A stretch of 64,000 nt of DNA, from assembly GCA_949878575.1 (NCBI GenBank), contig CATLAX010000001.1:202752-266751 (forward strand), given 5' to 3'. Every line of letters starts with the position of its first letter. Position 1 is the first letter of the stretch. Shown in pieces: positions 39,820 through 48,468 of the stretch. Under the pieces are notes generated by a model, which worked only from the letters and a program-made list of their open reading frames with translations, was not told the DNA's origin and did no database searches. Both the position numbers and the translations under genes were made by a program. This stretch comes from an uncultured Alphaproteobacteria bacterium (GTDB lineage Bacteria; Pseudomonadota; Alphaproteobacteria; Rs-D84).

Positions 39820-40371
39820 ATGTCACGTGCAGGAAAATATCCAGTAAAAATTAAGGACGGCGTTTCCGTTGCTATTGCAGACGCTGTTCTGACAGTAAAG
39901 GGCCCGAAGGGCGAAGTTAAATTGCCGTTGGACACAAAGCATGCCGGCTTGGTAGATATTGCCGTTGAAGACGGTCATGTCGTTGTTGCGCCGAAGGATG
40001 CCGAAGACAAAACATCCCGTGCTATGTGGGGAACCATGGCCCGCAATGTTCGCGCGGCGATAGAGGGCGTGTCTGATGGATTCAAAAAAGCCATGTATAT
40101 GAAAGGTGTTGGTTACAAGGCATCCGTCAAGGGCAATGATTTGGTTCTGGTTGCGGGGTACTCGCATGATGTTGTTATGCCGATACCGGCGGGGTTGTCT
40201 GTCCAGATGGGTGAAACACCGACAGAATTTACCATATGCGGTGTTGACAAGTGCCTGGTAGGCCAGTTTGCCGACAAAATCCACAAGGTTCGCAAGGCGG
40301 ATCCGTACAAGGGCAAGGGCATCTTCTATAAGGGCGAAAGAATCCGCCGCAAGGAAGGCAAGAAGAAATAA
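39820..40371 (+). CDS. rplF: 50S ribosomal protein L6
   Basis: MSRAGKYPVKIKDGVSV...KGVGYKASVKGNDLVL...DPYKGKGI. Confidence 0.96.
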   Translation: MSRAGKYPVKIKDGVSVAIADAVLTVKGPKGEVKLPLDTKHAGLVDIAVEDGHVVVAPKDAEDKTSRAMWGTMARNVRAAIEGVSDGFKKAMYMKGVGYKASVKGNDLVLVAGYSHDVVMPIPAGLSVQMGETPTEFTICGVDKCLVGQFADKIHKVRKADPYKGKGIFYKGERIRRKEGKKK

Positions 40372-40418
40372 TAATTGTTAATTCCCGCTGTTACGGGAAT
40401 TGGAAAAGAGGAAGAAAA

Positions 40419-40775
40419 ATGTTGAAACATTTGTCTACAGAAGAAAGACGCACGCTGGCGAATCGCAGTGCGCTGAAAAGAAAGAATCCCGGTAAAATCC
40501 GTTTGTCGGTTTTCCGTTCCGGTCGTCATATTGAAATACAGGCTATTGATGATGTAAAGGGTCACACTGTTTGCGCCGCGTCGTCAAAAGAAAAAGATTT
40601 CAAAGGCCAGGGTTGGAATATTGCTGGTGCGGAGTTGGTCGGCAAGACCTTCGCAGAACGCGCGGTAAAGGCGAAAATCGCCGACAACTGCTATTTTGAT
40701 CGCGGCGGTTATCGCTATCATGGTCGCGTCAAGGCACTGTGCGAGGCTATTCGCGCCGGTGGCGTCAGAATCTAA
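40419..40775 (+). CDS. rplR: 50S ribosomal protein L18
   Basis: [18 protein letters not shown]...[23 protein letters not shown]. Confidence 0.95.
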   Translation: MLKHLSTEERRTLANRSALKRKNPGKIRLSVFRSGRHIEIQAIDDVKGHTVCAASSKEKDFKGQGWNIAGAELVGKTFAERAVKAKIADNCYFDRGGYRYHGRVKALCEAIRAGGVRI

Positions 40776-40799
40776 TTGGAATATACGGAGTACATAAAA

Positions 40800-41354
40800 A
40801 TGGCACGTTTTGATGATAAAAAATTGCAGACGGATAATCTGGTAGACAAGCTGGTTTCCATTAATCGCGTCTCTAAAACAGTTAAGGGCGGCCGCAACAT
40901 GTCTTTCTCGGCATTGGTTGTGGTTGGCGACAAGGCAGGCCGCGTAGGCTTTGGCAAGGGCAAGGCACTGGAAGTACAGTCCGCCGTTCAAAAAGCGACC
41001 AAGGCCGCAAAGGCAAAAATGATTCGCGTTCCGTTGAAAGAAGGACGCACGCTGCATCATGATGTTGATGCAAAATACGGCGCCAGCAAACTGGTTGTGC
41101 GCAGTGCGGTTCCCGGTACCGGAATTATCGCCGGTGGTGCGTTGCGTGCGGTGTTTGAATGCCTGGGCGTTCAGGACGTTGTTGTAAAATCACAGGGTTC
41201 CAACAACCCCAACAATATGATTCGTGCGGCGTTTCTGGCGTTTGCGAAGATGAATTCTCCGAAGACTGTTGCGGCGCGCCGCGGCAAGTCTGTTGCGGAA
41301 ATCATCGCGGGTCGTGACGGCAAAAAACTGGAAGATGCGGCGGAAGAAAAATAA
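40800..41354 (+). CDS. rpsE: 30S ribosomal protein S5
   Basis: [27 protein letters not shown]...[13 protein letters not shown]. Confidence 0.96.
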   Translation: MARFDDKKLQTDNLVDKLVSINRVSKTVKGGRNMSFSALVVVGDKAGRVGFGKGKALEVQSAVQKATKAAKAKMIRVPLKEGRTLHHDVDAKYGASKLVVRSAVPGTGIIAGGALRAVFECLGVQDVVVKSQGSNNPNNMIRAAFLAFAKMNSPKTVAARRGKSVAEIIAGRDGKKLEDAAEEK

Positions 41355-41377
41355 CGCTAAGAAAGGTAAATGTAGTT

Positions 41378-41560
41378 ATGTCAAGAGTGTGGCTTAGGCA
41401 AGTTAAAAACAGTATGTCCTGTTCTGTAGAAGAACGCAGGGCTTTGTTAAAACTGGGCTTGGGCCATATCGGCATGACCAACGAAATTGACGACAATACA
41501 ACGGCGACACGTATGGCGCTTGCTAAAGTGCGTTTTGCTGTTAAAAAACGTTGTCGCTAA
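41378..41560 (+). CDS. diverged second copy of 50S ribosomal protein L30 (paralog or decaying duplicate)
   Basis: MSRVWLRQVKNSMSCSVEERRALLKLGLGHIGMTNEIDDNTTATRMALAKVRFAV aligns colinearly with the canonical copy downstream (QVK...R...LGLG.IG.T.E..D....R...AKV...V). The conserved DTPxxRGM reads DNTTATRMA here. Confidence 0.55.
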   Translation: MSRVWLRQVKNSMSCSVEERRALLKLGLGHIGMTNEIDDNTTATRMALAKVRFAVKKRCR

Positions 41561-41606
41561 GGATACTAAACGCTGTTGCGTTATTTAAAAAACGGAGAAT
41601 ACTGTT

Positions 41607-41786
41607 ATGTCTAAAATAATTGTAAAGCAAGTCAAAAGCTTAATCGGCCGTCCGGAATCGCAGCGCAAGGTTGTTGCGGCACTGGGGCTGGGGCGTATCG
41701 GCAAGACCAAAGAGCTGAGCGATACACCGGCTGTTCGCGGCATGATTGCCAAGGTTTCACATCTGGTTGAGATTGTGGAAAAATAA
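41607..41786 (+). CDS. rpmD: 50S ribosomal protein L30 (canonical copy; 59 aa, absent from the supplied ORF track)
   Basis: The ATG at 41607 follows GGAG. MSKIIVKQVKSLIGRPESQRKVVAALGLGRIGKTKELSDTPAVRGMIAKVSHLVEIVEK. TAA at 41784-41786. Confidence 0.92.
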   Translation: MSKIIVKQVKSLIGRPESQRKVVAALGLGRIGKTKELSDTPAVRGMIAKVSHLVEIVEK

Positions 41787-41867
41787 ATATTATAAACCGA
41801 GTGGCGCGGGACTTGCCGTGCTGCGAAAAAAGACTATATAATGGTCGTAGGACAAAAGGAAAATATT

Positions 41868-42326
41868 ATGAAATTAAATGCATTGATGGATAATTTCGGT
41901 GCGCGCGCCGACGTAAAGCGTGTTGGGCGCGGTATCGGCAGTGGTATGGGTAAAACATCCGGCCGTGGTAACAAGGGTCAGAAATCCCGCAGCGGTTCGC
42001 GCAAGCAGGCGACGTTCCAGGGTGGACAGATGCCGATTTTGCGTCGTTTCCCGAAATTCGGGTTTAACAATCCGTTTGCAAAGGAATATGTTACTATCAA
42101 TTTGGGCGATATTGAAAAATTTATCGCGTCCGGTAAGATTGATGCAAAGTCACCGATTACGATTGATTCTTTGATGACCGCGAAAATCATCAACCGCAGA
42201 ATGTCCGGGCTGAAGGTTCTGGCCAAGGGCGAAATCAAGTCCAAGGTTGAAATTGTTGCGGCAAAATGGTCCAAGGCGGCCGAAGAGGCGATTGTAAAGG
42301 CCGGCGGTTCTATTAAGGCGAAATAA
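41868..42326 (+). CDS. rplO: 50S ribosomal protein L15
   Basis: MKLNALMDNFGARADVKRVGRGIGSGMGKTSGRGNKGQKSRSG. Confidence 0.96.
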   Translation: MKLNALMDNFGARADVKRVGRGIGSGMGKTSGRGNKGQKSRSGSRKQATFQGGQMPILRRFPKFGFNNPFAKEYVTINLGDIEKFIASGKIDAKSPITIDSLMTAKIINRRMSGLKVLAKGEIKSKVEIVAAKWSKAAEEAIVKAGGSIKAK

Positions 42327-42328
42327 TA

Positions 42329-42631
42329 ATGAACGGCACCATAACACCGTCACAGTATCTTAAAGCGGCAAGGCAGGATTTTAAAAACCTGCCTGCCGAT
42401 GCTTGTGATGAACTGCTTGATATGATGGATTCAAACAGCGGGTGGCATGAGTTGTTTATTCCCGACTATATACCCCAAAAATATCATGCGCGCATGCAGA
42501 AAACATGGACGCTTATGGTGTTTCTTATTCTGACAAGAAACGCCACGCGCAAGTATTCACTGGTACGGCGTCATAACATGTTGAAAAACGCCCTGATATT
42601 TCGGGACGCATTAGCAACAGCGGAGAGATAG
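42329..42631 (+). CDS. orphan 100-aa ORF embedded between rplO and secY
   Basis: The ATG is 2 nt after the rplO stop and the stop is 4 nt before the secY ATG. One hydrophobic segment (TWTLMVFLILT). No recognisable motif. Confidence 0.5.
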   Translation: MNGTITPSQYLKAARQDFKNLPADACDELLDMMDSNSGWHELFIPDYIPQKYHARMQKTWTLMVFLILTRNATRKYSLVRRHNMLKNALIFRDALATAER

Positions 42632-42635
42632 GCAG

Positions 42636-43955
42636 ATGAAGTTTATAAAAAACTTGTTTGGTAATTTGACAGACCTGCAAAAACGCATACTGTTTACTTT
42701 GGGTGCGTTGGTTGTATACCGTGTTGGGTCGTTTATTCCGTTGCCTGGGGTTAACGCATCGGCGGTTCTGCATCTGTTTACCGGCGAAGGCAGCGGGATG
42801 ATGGGCATGTTTGACATGTTTTCCGGCGGGTCTTTGTCCCGTATGTCGGTGCTGGCATTGAACATATTCCCGTATATTTCCGCATCCATTGTTATCCAGC
42901 TGTTGACCGCGACCAGCAAGTCTTTGTCTGAGCTGCGCAAGGAAGGCGAATCGGGCCGCATCAAAATCAATCAGTATACGCGTTATCTGGCGGTGTTCCT
43001 GGCGGTGGTTCAGGGATGGGCCGTTGTTTGCGGTTTGGAATCCATGGCGCCGGTAAACGGTGTCGCGGCGGTTGTGAATCCCGGATTTGCGTTTGAATTG
43101 TCGGCAATTATAGCTTTGGTTGGCGGTACGGTGTTTGTAATGTGGCTGGCGGAACAGATTACTGCGCGCGGCATAGGGCAGGGTGCGTCGCTGTTGATTT
43201 TTGCAGGTATTATTGCAGAGGTTCCGGGTGGAATCGCAAAGATATTTTCTTTGGGATCCGTCGGCCAGATGTCGCCTGCGATGATTGCTCTGGTTGTCGG
43301 CTTTGTTGTCGGAATTATCGCGCTGATTGCGTTCTTTGAACAGGCGCAGCGTCGTATTCAGATTTTATATCCGCGCCAGGTTATGTCAAACGGCATCGTT
43401 AATACAAACGCGTCATATTTGCCGATAAAGGTAAACATGTCGGGTGTTATGGGACCCGTATTCGCCGCCAGTATTATGATGTTGCCGGCATTTGTTCAGC
43501 GCTTTGTTCAAAGTGAAAACCTGGTTGTTCAGAATATCATGGCTTTCTTTACGTACGGCGCGTGGTCTTATATCATCATGTATACGATACTGATTGCGTT
43601 CTTTGCGTATTTTCAGACGGCGGTTATATTTAACTCTGAGGAAACAAGCAACAATTTGAAAAATGCGGGTGGCTATATCCCCGGCGTGCGTCCCGGCGAA
43701 CAGACTGTCCATTATCTGGATTCTGTTGTGTCGCGTACGACCGCAATAGGTGTTATGTACCTGATTGTTGTCTGTGTCGTGCCGATTATTTTGAACACGC
43801 ATCTGGGAATGCCGTTGGCGATAGGCGGCACCAGTGTTCTGATTGTGGCGGGCGTTGTTCTGGATACTATGACCCAGGTTCAGTCGTATCTGGTTGCAAA
43901 GCAGTATGGCGGCGTTATTAAAAAGGCGCAAAAGAAGGGACGTTTCCGCGGTTGA
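42636..43955 (+). CDS. secY: preprotein translocase subunit SecY
   Basis: LQKRILFTLGALVVYRVGSFIPLPGV...ALNIFPYISASIVIQLL. Ten-TM pattern, 439 aa. Confidence 0.97.
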   Translation: MKFIKNLFGNLTDLQKRILFTLGALVVYRVGSFIPLPGVNASAVLHLFTGEGSGMMGMFDMFSGGSLSRMSVLALNIFPYISASIVIQLLTATSKSLSELRKEGESGRIKINQYTRYLAVFLAVVQGWAVVCGLESMAPVNGVAAVVNPGFAFELSAIIALVGGTVFVMWLAEQITARGIGQGASLLIFAGIIAEVPGGIAKIFSLGSVGQMSPAMIALVVGFVVGIIALIAFFEQAQRRIQILYPRQVMSNGIVNTNASYLPIKVNMSGVMGPVFAASIMMLPAFVQRFVQSENLVVQNIMAFFTYGAWSYIIMYTILIAFFAYFQTAVIFNSEETSNNLKNAGGYIPGVRPGEQTVHYLDSVVSRTTAIGVMYLIVVCVVPIILNTHLGMPLAIGGTSVLIVAGVVLDTMTQVQSYLVAKQYGGVIKKAQKKGRFRG

Positions 43956-43984
43956 TTAAAATCGCGTGCAGACGTAAACAGAAT

Positions 43985-44012
43985 TTGACTTTTGCCGAAT
44001 TTTGTATAAAAT
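43985..44012 (+). promoter_or_regulatory. candidate promoter for rpsM-rpsK
   Basis: TTGACT, 16 nt, TAAAAT. Same TTGACT...TATAAAAT architecture as the site upstream of rpoA. Confidence 0.4.
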
Positions 44013-44120
44013 AATTTGGCAAAATAAAATACCCGGATTATCAGCTGTTTGATTATTCGGTGTTTATACCCGGGGCGGGAATGCCCGCGCCCGGCAGTAA
44101 AATAAAAAGGAAAGTAAAAG

Positions 44121-44498
44121 ATGGCACGTATAGCAGGTGTGAACATTCCGACAGAAAAGCGTATAGAGGTTGCGTTGCGTTACATTCATGGTATCGGACC
44201 GGCCAAAGCCGCCCAGATTTGTGAAGCCTTGAAATTAAAGGACGGTCTGCGCGCGAAAGACTTGACTGACGAGGATGTTGTTAAAATTTCAAACTATATT
44301 GAACAGAACTTTAAAGTGGAAGGCGATGTGCGTCGTGAAGTTGCGATGAATATCAAACGTCTGCAGGATTTGAAGGCGTATCGCGGCATTCGTCACCGCA
44401 ACCGTTTGCCGGTTCGCGGTCAGCGCACCCAGACCAACGCCCGCACCCGTAAGGGTAAGCGAGTAGTGGTTGCCGGTTCCGCGACCAAGGGAAAATAA
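44121..44498 (+). CDS. rpsM: 30S ribosomal protein S13
   Basis: [26 protein letters not shown]...[17 protein letters not shown]. Confidence 0.97.
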   Translation: MARIAGVNIPTEKRIEVALRYIHGIGPAKAAQICEALKLKDGLRAKDLTDEDVVKISNYIEQNFKVEGDVRREVAMNIKRLQDLKAYRGIRHRNRLPVRGQRTQTNARTRKGKRVVVAGSATKGK

Positions 44499-44661
44499 AT
44501 TCAACCTAATGCCGTATCCGCCTAATGTTGGGGTGTCTGTATAGTATTTATACATTTCGCATACCGGCATCGGTGCATTTGCAGCATTATCTTGGGTTTA
44601 TAAAATAAGGTAGAGATTAACACGATAGTTAATTGAAGACATCAAAAAAGGTAAAAAAATA

Positions 44662-45045
44662 ATGGCAGTAACAAAAGCAAAAAAGAAAGTTGTTAAGAAA
44701 GTATCGCACGGCATTGCGCATGTTGTTGCGACGAATAACAACACACGTATCACCATCACAGACCAGTCGGGCGCTGTTTTGACCTGGGCGACGGCCGGTG
44801 CGAATAATTTTAAGGGTGCGAAAAAGTCAACCCCGTATGCGGCGACAATTGTTGCGGATGCGGTTGGCAAGAAAGTTGCCGAAATGGGCATGAAAACGGT
44901 TGATGTTCTGATGCGTGGTATCGGTCAGGGCCGTGAATCCGCAGTGCGCGGTTTGGCGAACGCCGGCCTGATTGTGCAATCCATTACGGATACGACACGT
45001 ATTCCGCACAATGGCTGCCGTCCGAAAAAGGTTCGCCGCGTTTAA
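44662..45045 (+). CDS. rpsK: 30S ribosomal protein S11
   Basis: GIAHVVATNNNTRITITDQSG...GAKKSTPYAA...IPHNGCRPKKVRRV. Confidence 0.97.
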   Translation: MAVTKAKKKVVKKVSHGIAHVVATNNNTRITITDQSGAVLTWATAGANNFKGAKKSTPYAATIVADAVGKKVAEMGMKTVDVLMRGIGQGRESAVRGLANAGLIVQSITDTTRIPHNGCRPKKVRRV

Positions 45046-45060
45046 TAACGTGCATCTTAA

Positions 45061-45097
45061 AACAACGTCCCCGGCGGGGACGTTGTTTTTTATTTTT
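45061..45097 (+). terminator. strong rho-independent terminator directly after rpsK
   Basis: aacaacgtcccc ggc ggggacgttgtt ttttattttt. Confidence 0.8.
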
Positions 45098-45231
45098 AAA
45101 TAGGCAATGCTTGTTTTCCCGTGCGGAAAATAACAGTATTTTCGACCGGTCGCCTATGGACATACAAGATGTTGCCAATATTTATTTATAGTGTGATTGA
45201 ATAAAAAAATCCCGTATGACACGGGATTTTT

Positions 45232-45558
45232 TTATTCGTTGCAGCCACAGCGCGGTCTTGTTATTTCGCGGCGGGTTGTGTATGTGCCGACAGGAATGTA
45301 TTCAACAACCGGCTGATACATCTGATAATGCTCAATAACCTCTGTATGGGTTTTTATTGCAACAGCCGGGGCCGCACATGGGCGACGACCAACAATCACG
45401 CGACGGGCCGATGTGCGCGGGGCGCGTGCGTATTCGGCCGTACCATAATATTTGTTGCTTTCGTAACGCTGGGTTTCCATGTAAACGCCGCCGTCTGACG
45501 CATTCGCGCCAAAGCAGGCAAATATCGCTGTTAAGCTGACAAACAGTATTTTTTTCAT
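45232..45558 (-). CDS. small secreted hypothetical protein
   Basis: Signal peptide MKKILFVSLTAIFACFGANA|SD. 108 aa, ending RPRCGCNE. Flanked by its own hairpin terminator (45203-45233). Confidence 0.55.
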   Translation of the reverse strand: MKKILFVSLTAIFACFGANASDGGVYMETQRYESNKYYGTAEYARAPRTSARRVIVGRRPCAAPAVAIKTHTEVIEHYQMYQPVVEYIPVGTYTTRREITRPRCGCNE

Positions 45559-45627
45559 TTTATTCCTCGTTATGGTTACAAGAAATATAGTACAAATTAT
45601 GTAAATGTCAACAATAGAATTCCTCCC

Positions 45628-45656
45628 TTGACAAAAAAGTGTAATGGGTATAGGAT
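45628..45656 (+). promoter_or_regulatory. candidate sigma70 promoter of the 45689 orphan gene
   Basis: TTGACA, 17 nt, TAGGAT. AGGAG lies 8 nt before the ATG at 45689. Confidence 0.45.
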
Positions 45657-45688
45657 TTCCCCGCTAATATTATGCAGGAGATAAAAGT

Positions 45689-46294
45689 ATGCCAAGAAAA
45701 AATAGCGACCGGCAGGTTAATGTTGATGGGGTGGAATATACGCTTTCTCGGCGGGATTATGATTTGCTTTATGATATTTTGACACGTGCGCGCATATTAA
45801 AAAATGAGAAATTAACCGAAACACGTGCAAAACGTCTGTTGGCGGATTTGTATCCGAACGTGTTGTATTACAATCATGACACCGGCATGTGGAATCGCAG
45901 AGTATATAACGGATATGATATAGAATGGCAGGATGTCGCCACAAAGTTTTCCAAAGACTTGAAAGCCGTACTTGAAAGGGTTCCTGTTTTTGGAAATTTT
46001 TATGAGCTGGTCGCTAATATTATCATAACGGTTGATGGTGACGTTTTTTCCGGAAACGGCAGGTGGGTGGATAATGTAAGGTACAGTCCAAATGGCGCGG
46101 GCGTGCTGGGGAACATGATTGTTAGAAATAAAAAATACAAGAATCTGGAGCTGTGGAACAAATCATCATGGCTCGGGGTGGACATATACGCCGGGGCGCG
46201 TGATGCGGTATGCTGTGGCGCGGCCGGTTTCGCGGTTGACGGCGCCAGCGTTGCCAGATTTCAGGAAGCGCTGTTGGCGGCACGCAATAGATAG
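45689..46294 (+). CDS. hypothetical protein (201 aa) inserted between rpsK and rpoA
   Basis: Good RBS (AGGAG) and its own promoter-like site. No signal peptide and no recognisable motif. Confidence 0.55.
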   Translation: MPRKNSDRQVNVDGVEYTLSRRDYDLLYDILTRARILKNEKLTETRAKRLLADLYPNVLYYNHDTGMWNRRVYNGYDIEWQDVATKFSKDLKAVLERVPVFGNFYELVANIIITVDGDVFSGNGRWVDNVRYSPNGAGVLGNMIVRNKKYKNLELWNKSSWLGVDIYAGARDAVCCGAAGFAVDGASVARFQEALLAARNR

Positions 46295-46315
46295 AAGATT
46301 TATATCTTTAACATA

Positions 46316-46344
46316 TTGACTTTTTTATATTATTGATATAAAAT
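46316..46344 (+). promoter_or_regulatory. candidate promoter for rpoA
   Basis: TTGACT, 17 nt, TAAAAT. Confidence 0.5.
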
Positions 46345-46394
46345 GCGCGTTGCCGAAATGGTGAAAATGATAAACTAAGCCAAAAGGACTTTTT

Positions 46395-47423
46395 ATGATT
46401 GAAAAAAACTGGATGACTTTGATTAAGCCTAAAAAGTTGAATATCAAGGTTGACGAACATAATCCAAATCTGGCGACATTGGTTGCCGAACCCCTGGAAA
46501 AAGGATATGGTTTAACACTGGGCACCGCGCTGCGCCGCGTGTTGTTGTCGTCGTTGCAGGGATGTGCGCCGATTTATATCAAGATTGACGGGGTACAGCA
46601 TGAATTTTCCAGCGTTCAAGGTATTCGTGAAGATGTGACAGACATCATCTTGAACCTGAAGGGCGTGTATTTCAAAGCCCTGACAGAAGGCCAGCACAAG
46701 GCTGTTTTAAAAGTAAAAGGTCCCGCGGTTGTCACGGCCGGTATGATTGAAACATCCGGCAGTGTTGAGGTTATGAACAAAGACGTGGAAATCTGCACGC
46801 TGGACAAGGGCGCGGTTCTGGATATGGAAATCACACTGGCGACGGGTCGCGGTTATGTTCCGGCGTCACAGCATGCGGATGGTCTGCCGCTGGGTGTGAT
46901 TCCGGTTGATTCCATCTTTTCGCCGATTTTGAACGTCGCGACAGAGGTTTCGGCCACACGTGTCGGCCAGTCAACGGATTACGACAAACTGGAACTGACC
47001 GTTAAAACAAACGGCAGCGTTTCCCCAGAAGATGCCATTGCGTTTGCCGCGCGTATTCTGACGGACCAGCTGGTTGTGTTTATCAACTTTGAAGATCCGG
47101 CGCAGATTAACGCCCCGACAGAAGAAGAAAAGGCCAAAGACGCATTGCCGTTTGATCCGAAACTGTTAAAGCATGTTGATGAACTGGAACTGTCGGTTCG
47201 TGCGAACAACTGCCTGAAAAACGACAAAATCAACTGGCTGGGCGAACTGGTTCAAAAGACCGAGGCGGATATGTTGAAAACGCCGAATTTTGGCCGCAAG
47301 TCTTTGAATGAAATCAAGGTTCAACTGGAAGCGATGGGCCTGGGCCTGGGTATGGAAGTACCGGGATGGCCGCCGGAAAATATCGCAGAGTTGGCAAAGA
47401 AATACGAAGATCCGTATAAATAA
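46395..47423 (+). CDS. rpoA: DNA-directed RNA polymerase alpha subunit
   Basis: ...[25 protein letters not shown]... C-terminal-domain [24 protein letters not shown]...[11 protein letters not shown]. Confidence 0.97.
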   Translation: MIEKNWMTLIKPKKLNIKVDEHNPNLATLVAEPLEKGYGLTLGTALRRVLLSSLQGCAPIYIKIDGVQHEFSSVQGIREDVTDIILNLKGVYFKALTEGQHKAVLKVKGPAVVTAGMIETSGSVEVMNKDVEICTLDKGAVLDMEITLATGRGYVPASQHADGLPLGVIPVDSIFSPILNVATEVSATRVGQSTDYDKLELTVKTNGSVSPEDAIAFAARILTDQLVVFINFEDPAQINAPTEEEKAKDALPFDPKLLKHVDELELSVRANNCLKNDKINWLGELVQKTEADMLKTPNFGRKSLNEIKVQLEAMGLGLGMEVPGWPPENIAELAKKYEDPYK

Positions 47424-47557
47424 ATTTATTATAGCACGTCATTTGGTGCGTTTGCCGATGGCTCATGTAGGTTTACTACACTACGTCATCGGCAAACATT
47501 GTCATCTGGCGCACTCTAATAAATTTCCAATTAAATTCTGTGGATTTTTGTTAACAG

Positions 47558-47588
47558 GCAAGGGGTAAAAATCCCTTGCTTTTTTTTG
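47558..47588 (+). terminator. rho-independent terminator or attenuator between rpoA and rplQ
   Basis: gcaaggg gtaaaaat cccttgc ttttttttt. Confidence 0.65.
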
Positions 47589-47703
47589 AAAATAAACTAT
47601 TATTTAATCCGGTTGCGTTGCTGAAAAATATTTTTTAGGGCGTAATGTAACAAAATAATCCCCGGTATACGGGGCGGAAACAAAAGATAATAAGGAGTAG
47701 TCA

Positions 47704-48213
47704 ATGAGACACGCGAAAGCAGGTCGCACGTTTAACCGTGACACCAATGCACGCAAGGCGCTGTTTGTGGGCCTGGCGAAAAATTTAATTGAAAAAGAAC
47801 AGATTAAAACGACTCTGCCAAAGGCAAAGGATTTGCGCCGCGTGGTTGAAAAATTGATTACCCGCGCCAAGAACGACACTGTTGCAAATCGTCGTTTGAC
47901 GGCATCTGAGTTGGGCAATTCATCAGACAAGGCCGTAAAGAAATTGTTTGAAGTTTTGGGCCCGCGTTATGCAAAGCGTCCGGGCGGATACACCCGCGTG
48001 TTAAAGGCCGGGTTCCGCTATGGTGATGCGGCGCCGATGGCGATAATTGAACTGGTTGACCGCGATGAAAACGCCAAAAAGGCGGCGGCTCCGGCGGCGG
48101 AACCGGTTGCGGATAATGCACCGGCGGCAGAGGCAGAAACGGCGGCCGCGGAAAAGCCGGCCAAGGCGGCGAAAAAGACCGCTGTGAAAAAAGCGGCAAA
48201 GGCCGACAAATAA
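47704..48213 (+). CDS. rplQ: 50S ribosomal protein L17 with Ala/Pro/Lys-rich C-terminal tail
   Basis: [21 protein letters not shown]...[21 protein letters not shown]. Tail [19 protein letters not shown]...[13 protein letters not shown]. Confidence 0.96.
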   Translation: MRHAKAGRTFNRDTNARKALFVGLAKNLIEKEQIKTTLPKAKDLRRVVEKLITRAKNDTVANRRLTASELGNSSDKAVKKLFEVLGPRYAKRPGGYTRVLKAGFRYGDAAPMAIIELVDRDENAKKAAAPAAEPVADNAPAAEAETAAAEKPAKAAKKTAVKKAAKADK

Positions 48214-48235
48214 TCGTTAGGATTAGTGATTGTTT

Positions 48236-48261
48236 AATCCCGCCATCGGCGGGATTTTTTT
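48236..48261 (+). terminator. rho-independent terminator ending the ribosomal superoperon
   Basis: aatcccgcc atc ggcgggatt ttttt. Confidence 0.8.
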
Positions 48262-48468
48262 ATGGCACTGTTGGCCCGTGTGTGTTTGCAATTAGTATTT
48301 ATTGTGCATGCAGTTTGGAATATTATACCTGTTGATATTGCAGGGCGGATGCCAAAGCAGGGCGGTCCTTGTCATTGGAATTTTTTCTTTATTCCGGATT
48401 GCCATGTCTGCGCGGTGCGTTAAGTTGCAATGACAGCGAAGACACGTTCGCACGCGACATGGGGGCGA

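Noticed and set aside
28146-40565. Long antisense ORFs across the ribosomal operons (for example 29319-30656, 31003-32382, 32267-33178, 34051-34914, 35781-36461, 37518-38555, 39411-39935)
   Set aside because: They lie opposite universally conserved genes (fusA, tuf, rplC, rplB, rpsC, rplN/X and others) and encode Arg/Phe/Asn-rich nonsense. These are classic shadow ORFs.
44499-44661. Possibility that the rpsM-rpsK or secY-rpsM spacers hide rpmJ (L36) or infA
   Set aside because: No open frame with the Lys/Arg/Cys-rich L36 pattern or the infA S1-like pattern is visible in any frame of these spacers.
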